DNA from: Ramazzottius varieornatus | Lineage: Eukaryota; Animalia; Tardigrada | NCBI GenBank assembly: GCA_001949185.1 | Contig: BDGG01000014.1 | Location: 899,378-963,377 of the forward strand | Direction of reading: 5' to 3' | Length of the DNA stretch: 64,000 nucleotides | In this document: piece by piece, positions 53,420 to 64,000 of the stretch | Layout: the number at the start of each line of letters is the position of its first letter | How positions within the stretch are numbered: position 1 is the stretch's first letter | The notes under the pieces: model-generated | What the model was told of the DNA's origin: nothing | The model's database searches: none | What the model saw: only the letters and a program-made list of their open reading frames with translations | Made by a program: the position numbers and the translations under genes

Positions 53420-54155
53420 ACCCTGTCCGCGCCAACTTGCTACCACCTGGCATTTCGATCCAAATAAATTTAGATTTCTGCTTTACCATTCATCGTTCCG
53501 CATATTCCATAAAAATTTTCATGCTAATCTGATTCAGCCATGATTCGTTCAGATGTGCTGCCAGACTGCGTGGAAAACTTGACCAGTATGACTTTCGGTG
53601 GGAAGGACATACACAGTAGGTGAAATGCAGTCTACAGAATTCCATGTTAGAGTTTTCGTTCTCAGTCTGATGTAAACAGCCAAACAGATACCTCAGTTGT
53701 TGGAGAGAGTCGAGAAAGAACGGAAACAGTTCGAGCTAACTTGGCAAACGAATTAAAACCGGCGAATTCGGCCGTTTTGCCGGGAAAACTCGTTTCGGGC
53801 AAAACTTCTAGCTCTTTTCCAGAACGGCAGATTTATCGCTCCAACCACTTCTCCTGTAGCTTGATCCCTGGTCTGATTATTTTCAACAACGGTATCACAG
53901 AACTTCAACAGAAAAATGCAAAAATAATATTCGAAAACGGTCCCAAAAGCTACAAAAGTTGGTGCGATTTTCAACCTTCACCTCCCCATTTTAGTGTCGC
54001 TCCCAACTTTTTGCGAGAAGATTTTCGGCCAAAGATTTTTCAAAAGATAGCTAGAAGGTTGTTATACCAGGTAGAATTAGTTTGGAAGTGGAATATCAAT
54101 TCAGTCGAGAGAGGTTGGGTTTTATGAGTGGTAGCAAGTTGGTGCGAAGGCGGGT
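53420..54155. mobile_element. Non-autonomous TIR element, about 735 bp
   Basis: ccc..cgcgccaacttgctaccac at the left end and gtggtagcaagttggtgcg..ggg at the right end. Confidence 0.6.
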
Positions 54156-54159
54156 CGTA

Positions 54160-54520
54160 CTTGGAAGACAACGATGCCGCTTTCGCGCTGCTTCTGATAG
54201 GACGATTGCTCTATGGTTTCGGTAATGGTTTTTGAACGACCGTGTGCAGTCACCGAGTCAATCATCTCTGGAAGGACAGGTAACGCCTTCAGGTTTTGGC
54301 TGAGCGGAGCCACTCTGGACGCGATCGGGATGAGCAAACTATATGGATTTCCGTCGGACTGACCACCATTGCTAGTTTCGCCGCTTTTTTCCAAGGCTAC
54401 GTTAACACAGAAGACGATCTGGACAATGGGGGTGTAGGCAGGTGGGAGTCGACGAGGCCTGGAGTCAATCAGTTCTGCACCAATGTTGATGCACTCTATT
54501 ACTGGTTTGCCGTACCCCAC
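54160..54520 (-). mobile_element. Possible decayed Ty3/gypsy pol fragment
   Basis: IDSRPRRLP and IASRVAPLSQNLK resemble gypsy pol segments; no catalytic motif seen. Confidence 0.25.
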
Positions 54521-55099
54521 TTCCTCATCTGCTCGATCGTCTCGACATTCACAACCAATTCCCCGAAATTACTTGTGGTAAATTTCTCGATATTGCCATA
54601 ACGAAGCTAGGGAAGATTTGGGAGCTCGGCGAGGAAAAACGGAAAGATGTTTTCCCGAAGCGGTTTATGCTTACAGTGTTGTTGGCGGAGCTCGTGCCTC
54701 GCTTAAGAAACGATCTTTCATAGTCGGGCACGCTTTCAGCCATGCAGCAACACTGAAAACGCACGACACTTGGAAAAGCGATCTCGGCGAAATATAAAGA
54801 GCCCGGCTTACGAAAGCTGATCAAGAACCGGATCAAAGTCTCCGGGAAAATGGAGAGTTCCAGAAAGCGAAGTTCAAAATGGTCCTTTGCTCAAGACAAA
54901 AGTGCTGAATCAAGCCAAGCTTGGTTGATTTGAGCAAGGAAAATTTCCAGCTGTGTCAGTGAGGCTCCGCCTCCATCCGTTTTTTGTTCGGCCTGAGCTT
55001 TCTCAGAGCGTACGACCGAATTGGCTTCAAAATCACGTGCAAAACGAAGTAATCCACTCGATTAGCTATTTTGTCGCTGTGCTGTGAAACAGCAGTGTG

Positions 55100-56480
55100 C
55101 GACTGAATCGTGCAATTTTACACGGGTGACAAGCCGTTGAGCACGGTTTCTGTGTCAGTGATTATGTACATGTACAAGACACTACGGAAAGCTTCTTGGG
55201 CTGTGTGAAAAACTCGAGACGTTGCGCGGAAAGGCTGCTAGGAAGCTAGCACCACGTAATATTTGCAACTGCATTGCAAATGTTCATTCGAGCACACCGG
55301 ATCGTCCGTACTATTGATTCGCCAGGTCATCTCTTCGAAAAGCGGTTCGAATACGTAAAGCTGAGTGACGAAATATACCTACGAAAGTAGGAGTAAGTAG
55401 ATATGGCTTTTCGGTGGACGGTAGGAAGAAATCTGATTGCCATACATAATCGCCACCAGTCATGTTCTGTCTGCAGGCCTGAACCCAAGATTCAAATATT
55501 GCATCGCATCGTGTTTTAGCCTTTATAGATACGCTCTGATGATTATGACCCAACATTTACTGTACCACAAAGTTTACCATTAGTTTTCGGGCAAGCAAGT
55601 TGTTGGCGAAGACGAAAACCACTACGAGAGGGATTCTGTCAAAACCCGCAGGACACAACGCCCAAGCTGGTTAGGAGATCAGTCTTGCCTCTAGTGTGGT
55701 GAGCTATGCTCGCCAATAGCGATAAAAGAAGGGCCTTCGGTAGAGCTGCTGTCGACATTGGCTTCATAGACCTGAAAACTTCCTTTGGGTTTTCAAGCCG
55801 GTACACATAGTGTCATAGAATGGCACTTGTCTGTTGATTTCGCACAACAAAAAGCCATTGGTCCAGCTAAACCTCTCGAGCAGGGATCGCATAAACATCA
55901 GTGATTTGGAATTCTGTGCCGCGCTCATTGAAGCGACAGTAGGATATTTCCTCTTACTCCGCATCTCGGGACTGTTGCCACTGCTGGAAAAGTAGGAAGT
56001 CTCAAACGAAATGCACGCAACGAAAAGTAGCACCTTTCTAGGTCTGACTTACATTATGAAAAACGGGATATTCCAGGCTGAAACCAGAAACCCATCATGC
56101 AATTCGGTTTTTATAGAATCAGTTTTGCCTTATTCCAAAGGACACGCACCGGCCATCAAAGGAGCGACTGCCAACACCACGGCCGCGCAGCCTGTAAAAT
56201 TTTAGCGCGAGGAACCACCATTGACTATTTATTACCTGGTGAAATGGAAACCAAGACGTTCTTTCCAGCATGTTGGTCCCGGTAGTAAAATTCGGTGGCT
56301 TGATCTACGACGTTGGATGTCGATGATTCGCAAGAAAGGATGTCTGGATGTGTCAGGACTACCAAATCAAACCGAAGGCGATTCCGGTACAAAGAATTCA
56401 CTTCTTCCGCAGCCATCTCGTATCCCGGATAAATACAATCGTACCCAAGCCGTACAAAAACCATTCTTCCAATCAAAGTG
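55100..56480 (-). pseudogene. ANF-receptor ectodomain pseudogene
   Basis: PGYEMAAEEVN, WNIP, SKRKYPT, LLERFSWTN, NMTGGDY and YIITDTET motifs, with stops and frameshifts; no 3' exons found. Confidence 0.7.
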
Positions 56481-58069
56481 ATGTTGCTATAGTCCGCCCT
56501 GACGAAAGACCATCATCTAACACCACGCAGTGCCGTCTTCCCCACCTCACCGCTTTCGAAGCAATCACCCCGGTGTCGATACCGGAATTCTCGCAGACAG
56601 CTAAGCCCGTTGGGATTTTCTTAAATAACGCGGTCTCCATTATAGTGATGAACTTTTTCCTTCTGGCGTGCGGTCTTTCATTACCTTTGTGTACAGTGCC
56701 CCTCGTGAAGATAGCAGGCTGCGCAACAGTCAGGCTGCACAATAGCAACGCTTCCGTTTCATTTCCCGTAGGGAGTTTTTTCGCAGACCAAGGTTATACT
56801 CGACCTGAACTGTTTTTCCGCAGTTGCCCAATCGACATCAACGTTTTAATTTCAGAAAAATATGTTTTCCGGACCTCGATTCTGAGTAAGCACAAATGGA
56901 TGGTACGGCGTCAGTACGTCTCCCAGTGAATTCATTTTTTGGATTCACCTCTTGGTGAAACGTTTTTGCATTTTCTTCTTTTGAGCTATAAACCTTTCAG
57001 AGCAGAAGGGCTACACAAAGTATCTCTGAGTAAAGGTTCTGCGACGTGGGCGAAGGACCCGATGGTGGAGTCGAGCAGCGAACGCGAAGGAGGGGCTGTT
57101 GACACTGTAGGTTATGCATGCAGGTGATGACACAGACCATGCTGAGAAAACTACCGAACAGGGGAAATCAACTGTTTTGCCGGCCGGCAGCTTAGTTGAC
57201 TTTCCGGGCAATTAGTTGATATCCCCACAAGGCAGTTGGTTATCAGTATTTCATGAGTTTTTACAAGTGGTGTGACCGAGAGAGTCGGACAAAGGCTGGG
57301 AATAGCCTTTGTAGCGTATACTTTACGAAAACTGTTACATCCGCCACAGCGTCACCATTGAAAAAAATCAATTTATTTTCGGTTGGGAACCTCACCACTG
57401 ATATCATATGGGAGTAGATCCATCTTCCTTTGACCGGTTTTGAATGTAACTCTTCGAAATCTGTCAGCGGCGCTGTGAAATGGATGTGCTCTGCCTGGTT
57501 TCAAGAATCCACTAAATTGCCCGAGTCAACTCTTTTGCCCGGCCGATTTAATTGTTTCGGTCGTCAACTGGTCAACTGAAGTGCCGACTACAAACGGCTG
57601 TAGGATGAAGAACACCTGGAGGGATAATATTCTCGACAATTGGCGATCTTTTTATCGATGTTCTCCAGATGTCTTGGCCGAAGATAGTGCTCCAAATCCT
57701 TCGCGGTGACTTATGTAATTGCCAGTGGTCATATCTCTTTATGAGCGCAAAGACCTGAAATTTGGTTGCTATTGATAACTTCGAAGTATCAGAAGTGAGA
57801 GGACTACGCCAACCGGTCATAAATAAATCCTAGAAAACTTTCAAATAGTTGTGAATCAATCTTGAATCAAAATTCGTTCACCAGAGTTCTAACACCGCTA
57901 CCGGCGTCACAAAGCTGGTGACTTCATGGCTAACTTGGCCCATGGAACTGAGCAGAAGATGGAGCTTTTTACTACCACGAGCAGAAGATTTTACTACGAT
58001 TAGATTTACTACGATTAGATTACTTGCTGTTGCAGACTTTATTCATAGTAATGCTTAATGGGATTACAT

Positions 58070-61061
58070 CTACCCGTAGGTATACCGGGAACCGAACACT
58101 AATTCATCCAAGGACAGCAACATTCCTCTCACATGGTGTACAGCAGACTTTTTTTCGGCCCACCTAAAATATTGATAAAAGATTGCGTCCTTACATAGAT
58201 TTTGTTTCTACTAGTGTATGTATTGAAAACCGTACCGAATGTAAAACAATGCGCCAGCCAAAATTGCTGACAGAGTCGCAACGACTGATACTGAAGAGAC
58301 CAAAAGCGTTTCGGTGCTGCTCTTCCGACACTCAACATTGAGTCCGCCAAAGCCACAGCGCGGCTCGTTGTCTGGTAAGCGACCTCCAGGCCATGTGACG
58401 TTCCGACCGAATGGCAGTGAAGTTGTGCGGTCTTTTCCTTGGAAGAAAATAACGTTCTACGACAGTTAAATCACTTCAGTGAATGTCGACAATACAGTGC
58501 AACTTGCGCGGCAGGGTCATAACCTCAAACGTCTGTGTCGTTGAATTGAACAGCTTGATTAAGAAGTTTGGTATTTTGCAGGCGCTTGTGTCGAACGAGG
58601 CGGACACCGTTGACAGGTTGTAAGTGCGGTTAGAAAACTCTCTTACGAACGCAGTCCCGATAAGAGTGGGTCGCACTTTTTTCTCCCGACTGCTTTGGAC
58701 GATATCATGAGCAACCTAGAAACCAGAACAAATGATTTTATTCAGGCCTTGACCGGCACCATATAGCGGTAACGTACTTTTGCTAAGAGAGTAACAGCTT
58801 CGTACGCCGCAAACATTTCCACCGGGGCCTGAAAGTAGCGATTGCGAAACGCCAAACTAAAGTGACTGTGAGGGCTGTTAAAGGCCTACCTTTGCGCGGT
58901 CTTTGCACAGCGAATAGCTTCGCATCCGATCAACCATCTCATCTTGAGTCTTCGCCGGTAGGTTTTTGGCAATACTTTCCGTGTCGGTGATCAGATAGAA
59001 GACCGTTCGAAAGGCTTCTAAGGCAAGCTGTAAAGATAACCCTCTAATCGAGTGGAAATGTCGTTACCTACGTAATGAGCGATCGGGACACTGTCGTCTA
59101 ATCAAGGCGCCTTACTATATCATCCTCTTTGTCTAATCTCCAGGACAAATCCGAGAAAAGGTCGAGCAGCAAGAACGGCTGCATGAAGAAGAATGCCTAT
59201 AAGGGGGACCTGGTACCACGATATGTCGATATTGCAGTAAAGTTTTCACGAGTTTGAGTCTCCGGATAGTTTCGGATTCTAGAAACTTACGTAATCACCA
59301 TTAGTCATGTTCTTTCTGCGCGCATGAATCTGCAACTCCTCAACAATTAGGACACAGTCTCATAGTCGGGTGATCAGTCGCTGGTTACGAGCTGTTCGCT
59401 CGTAACCAGCTCACGCAGGTCACACCAGTAGGAACTCCAGGGGAGACGGGATACAATGCACTCTTGGCCGAGTCTCCGGAAGTTTATGTACAAACTTTCA
59501 GCTATCACTTCCTTTCACAATCACTTTAGAGAAATTACAAAGCTGAAAACCGAAGAAGCTTCTTTTGTCAAACTCAGTATTGGAACGAAAGAGAGAGTAA
59601 TTGTGGTCTTTACCGGTCCCCAAAGCCCTCTATATCAAAGCCCAATCACGCCGATCAATTCAAACATATCACGCGCATGTGAGGCCACAAAGGTCGAAGA
59701 GGAGAATTAGAAAGGAAAGCCGACGGATGTTTATGGCTGGTTGGCTACAGTCACGCTTATGGTTAGCTATCTTTTGCTTCCTCGTACGTCCCGAACCCGT
59801 CGTCCGATTTCCGTAATTCAAAAAGAACATTATAGCGGACTCTTTGAGCTCCCTGGTCACGTGACAGGCGAAATTTCACGGTTGTTGAGTTAGCCGGCCT
59901 GTGGCAGAGTTGTTGAGTTAGCTAGCGGTTTTTAAGAGTAGGCCATCAGAAGGCCTACTGGTTGAAAAGTGTGGCTAACTCAACAACCGTTCCCTCGTTC
60001 GCCTCCCATAGCCCCCGATCCATCAGCGCGAAAAAATTGAAGCATTTCTGATTGTTTAAATGAGACACCTACCATCAGCTGCCGCATTACAACAGCGTTG
60101 GCTAGCACGATGACAACTGCAAAAGATGATAGGGTGAGACATTAGCCTGGAATGCCATCTCAGTAAACTGATTAGTACCTCGTGATCGTGATGATATCAG
60201 ATCCAGTGTCAGATCCGCTTCAGCATGGTGAGTACCTACATTGTTGAGACTGACGTCGTACAAATTAAAATGTCCATCGGCGGGTCTCAGAAGGTCTTTG
60301 AAGATGGAGCACATGGCAATGTGAAAGGGTACCACGCGGTCACCTTTGTCACACAGAAGAAAGACGTTTGTCCATCGGAACCGTTCCAGGGTAGTCTTGA
60401 CGAAAATGGCCATCATGAAATTGTCCGACGGGCTCATAGAAATGACAGTAGGGTATTTCTCTTTGTCGCTCACCTTCCGACTGTTGCCACTTCTGGGGGA
60501 ACACAGACAAAGTGAAAGAATATTCTGAACTACTGCTTCTCTAGCCAAAATCATGTCTGTCTGATGTTCTCACATGGTGACGATCGGGACATTCCACTCT
60601 ACCGTGCGAAAAAAGATGAACCGTCGCAAATGTCGAGACAAGTATGATATAATGGTCAGAAATGAGAAAGACGCTAGTGGATATTGTTGTTTACCAGTCA
60701 TCAGCGGTGCCATTTCTAACATTGCTCCAACGCAATCTGAAATATGCAAAGGTAACTAAAACCTGTAGATGTTGTGAACGAAGATGAGAAGACGCAAGAT
60801 ACTTGGTGATATGAAAATGTGGCTCCGACGGGCTAATGTGTTTTGGTAATACAAGGATGTGCTGAGCTCGACAGCGTTCCCCGATACGGCGGCACAATTG
60901 AAAAGATCTGGACGGGTTAGCGCAATCATCTCCGCATGCAGATGGTCCTTATACAATTCGTTCGCCTCCGCAACCGCGACCTCGTAAGCAGGAAGATAAC
61001 ACTGCTGCTGATACTGGGTGATGACGACGAATGTGATGTTGAGAACGGGTATGGCCGCCAT
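58070..61061 (-). CDS. ANF-receptor single-TM protein with short tail, paralog of 22752-25390
   Basis: Collinear exons; WPGGRLPDNEPRCGFGG..C, TM, then WAEKK...FGSRYTYG*. Confidence 0.8.
59878..59990. mobile_element. Small intronic MITE
   Basis: acggttgttgagttagcc...ggctaactcaacaaccgt, with an internal third copy of gttgttgagttagc. Confidence 0.7.
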
Positions 61062-62534
61062 CAGGAAGCGTTAGCGAAGCACATCGGTCTGGAAAAAAAA
61101 CAAAGTTTACACAATTCTCACCAAGACGGTGTACCGGCCTAGTCTACCTGGTATCTTTCACTTCAGACAGCCCCCAGCTCCTCGTACTATTTGGTTTCCA
61201 TTCTTAACGTGTGGACGTGAAGGTTAGCGACACATGCAATCCGTGGTTAACTGCCGCAACGTAGAGAGCGTCCCGGTTTCGATGGGTCAGAGGGAGCTTT
61301 GGCTGGACAATCTGCTTATTGCAAATGGACGTTTGGCAAACAAAGGCGCCCAGCAGGATGCCCGATTGAGCTACCTCAAAGCTGATGAAAACATTACCAG
61401 CAAATCAGGCTTACGAACATGCGCAGCTTCTTCGTGCAATTAAGATTGGGAGAAAAAAGCGCTGATCACCTGCCGGAATTCACTTCCTGGGACCGCCTCC
61501 TGCCCGAAGGTTGTTATTGCGAGATATCAAGTGTGGGTACACCATTCAACGAACTTTGTGGCCCTGGAGTTCTACGCAACGAGCTACTATGCCACACGGT
61601 AGTAAGCAGCACCATCGGAGATTCGCCTTCACTTGAATACATATCGATTCTGAAGGTGAGATTCCCGTTAAATATTCCCGGGCTTTTAGTGAACTGCGAG
61701 ATACTTCCCTATGTAGTGGGGTTGTACACACAGGATAGTACCAGGTAATGCATAGAAAATCACTGATACAGCCAATCCTATGGATTATCTTTCGATGAGC
61801 TTATGGAGGATCTTTTGCAGTATGCAGCCCTGACGCCAGACCAGACAGGCTGCAGAAAACAGCCGAAGACTGGTACACGTACTGCAGATACCGACAAACC
61901 TCGAATCAAGCCAAGCCATGCCTAACGGATATAGCCTCGTAGGAATACTGCATCTAAAGAAACCCGTTTTTACCCCCAACTCAATAATCAACTGACCGAC
62001 CACATGATCATTTTATCTGGGCAGCCAACCTGTATCTCGTAAAATATTCGGGCGTCGAAGCACGACCAAGGTACGTTCTATGTGCAGCTCAGTATTTCCA
62101 ACTGCTGTCGCTGAAGGATGGGTAACCGGCAGTCTAAACAGGGGGTTTATTTCTGTTATTATCAGAGAAACAGCACAGTGGGTCACGACTTCCCAGAAAT
62201 CTCCAACCAAACGGCTCGTTACGGGTCAGCTGTGAAGAACCAGAAGAACGCTTGAAACTTTGATTGATAATAGAACGCCGTACGGCGTGCAGTCGAAAAC
62301 TATCCTTTCACCCAAGTCAGCTCGCCATCCGAAAATAACATTTCACGCGCGCGATTTGCGTCAATCGACATTCCGATGTACCTACAAAGAGCTTCCATAA
62401 TGCATTTGGTTTTCTCTCTAGGGTGGGGAAAACTTTGATTCATTAATGATATGTCATAACATGCATGAAATCAAATAATCTCCTACAAAGAAAATTATTT
62501 TATATTATGGTTTCGGTGGTCTAATTGTATCTAC

Positions 62535-64000
62535 CTGTAAAGAAGAATGGAGGCAGCAAGGGAGGCGAGAAAGAGAGCTACTACCGCAATTTCGACCGCA
62601 ATCAGTCTTGAGTCCGTCGACCGGCACTCAGGTTTCCTTCCGTCGAACCCGCAAACTGGCTCGTTGAGCGGCGCTCGGTTCAGCAGTCATGTTATGTTCC
62701 GCCCAAAACTCAAGGACGATGTGGCAGAACTACCCGAGTAGTAGATAACATTCTGCAGAAGATGGAAAAGCTGGAAGTTGGACCTGCTGCAAGCGCACAA
62801 GTTAATTTTGCTTCAAAGAGCCCCGAAGTATGGTTGAACTGCTTCGTGATGTAGTTTGGCAGTCGAAAGGCGTCTTTGTCGAAAGCAATGGTCGCTGATG
62901 AGACGTCGTAGGATCAGTTTGCTGACATCTGGACAATCCGCGATCCGCTCATCAGAGAGCGAGAATTAATATCAGGATGATTATGCAGAGCTTCGTCTGC
63001 CATCTGAAAACGCAGTCTGCTTTGCTTTTTTCAGAAACAGCTGTGTCCCTTGTCTACAGTTCAAACGGTTACTGGTGCACCTACCATCGCCAAAAGCGAG
63101 ACAGTCGCATATGAAGTGAGAGGCTGGAATCTGCAAAACGAGTAAGATTTTGCTTTGAGCAAATCGGTCAATTTGTTACAGATGGTTTTGGTACGACTTG
63201 CTGAGACTGTTACAGGACGTGAAACCGTACTTCAGCTTGATCGTCACACAACGGAAGCCGTTTTTCCAGTTGCATCACTTTGTCCATCAGTTGCGCAGGG
63301 ATGTTGCGGGCCATGGTCTCAGTGTCGGCAGTAACGTAAAACGAAACGCGAGACGCGAAACGCTGGGCGCGCTAACTACAGATCAACCATAGGACGTGAA
63401 TTCCAAGGCGGGCAATACAGAGGGCAGATCTTACGTGATCGTCCGTCCTGTTCAGGCTCCAGCTTACACACGGAAAAACTGGTGTCAGTCTGAATGGCTG
63501 TGTTGCAAGAAATACCTAAAACTTGCTTTAGACTGACTTTGTCTTCCTATCATGATAGTAACCGTACTTCCGTTAAGTTTCATAAACTTACGTAGTCGCA
63601 ACCGGTCATATTGTTTCTATGGGCCGCCACCTGGACAAGACTTACAATTAAACCGTGATTCAATCTACCTGGGGTGATCCCTATAAGCTGGAAGGGTTTG
63701 GGTCTTAAACGGGGAAGAGAGCAATGCTTTTCCAAAATTCCAACTCCTTCCAAACTTCGTTCCCACATACGTATAACTGTGTTGTGTAAAAATCTTGTGG
63801 AGGTGTCGTGCACCAGAAGGAGCACGGCGCTGAAGACCTGAACTAGACAGAAATCGGGAAATCTACGCGACACCCACATCAGGCACTTCAGGCTGGTTTG
63901 TTCGCGGGCGGAACATTTTAGGATAATTTCGCTGACGCTGTTCTGCCGTAAAAATCTCCAAATTTAGGAGCAAGACGTCGCTTTGGAGCTCGTACACATA
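62535..64000 (-). pseudogene. ANF-receptor single-TM pseudogene, 5' end outside the window
   Basis: NMTGCDY, VTADTETMARNIP, SYATVSLLA, KQFNHTS..FE, NEPVCGFDG..C and TM; in-frame TGA codons at about 62915 and 62687. Confidence 0.75.

Noticed and set aside
62680-62920. Selenocysteine or readthrough at in-frame TGA codons
   Set aside because: The positions align to Trp and Arg in paralogs (TGG/CGA to TGA), and the gene has other lesions.

Overview
Compact animal genomic DNA with short GT-AG introns and tightly packed genes; the intron sizes and expanded receptor families suggest a tardigrade (inference). 1-10.3 kb is a housekeeping block: Grx-domain oxidoreductase (probable TGR) 5' end, PGAP3, HisRS, SFT2-family and GPDH. 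12-25 kb and 42-64 kb form a birth-and-death chemosensory cluster with three gustatory-receptor-like genes/pseudogenes and at least four ANF-receptor (receptor guanylyl cyclase ectodomain) genes; the two apparently intact copies end shortly after the TM helix and lack kinase/cyclase domains. The cluster also holds an intronless, soluble plant-type (PSPG box) UDP-glycosyltransferase. 26.6-41.3 kb is a decayed CACTA/EnSpm-type transposase locus flanked by a divergent BEN-domain-like gene (interrupted by a CR1/L2-like LINE), a chromodomain gene and a THAP pseudogene. There are many MITEs, two inverted gene-conversion-like tracts and two assembly gaps. Exon boundaries were read by eye and are approximate.
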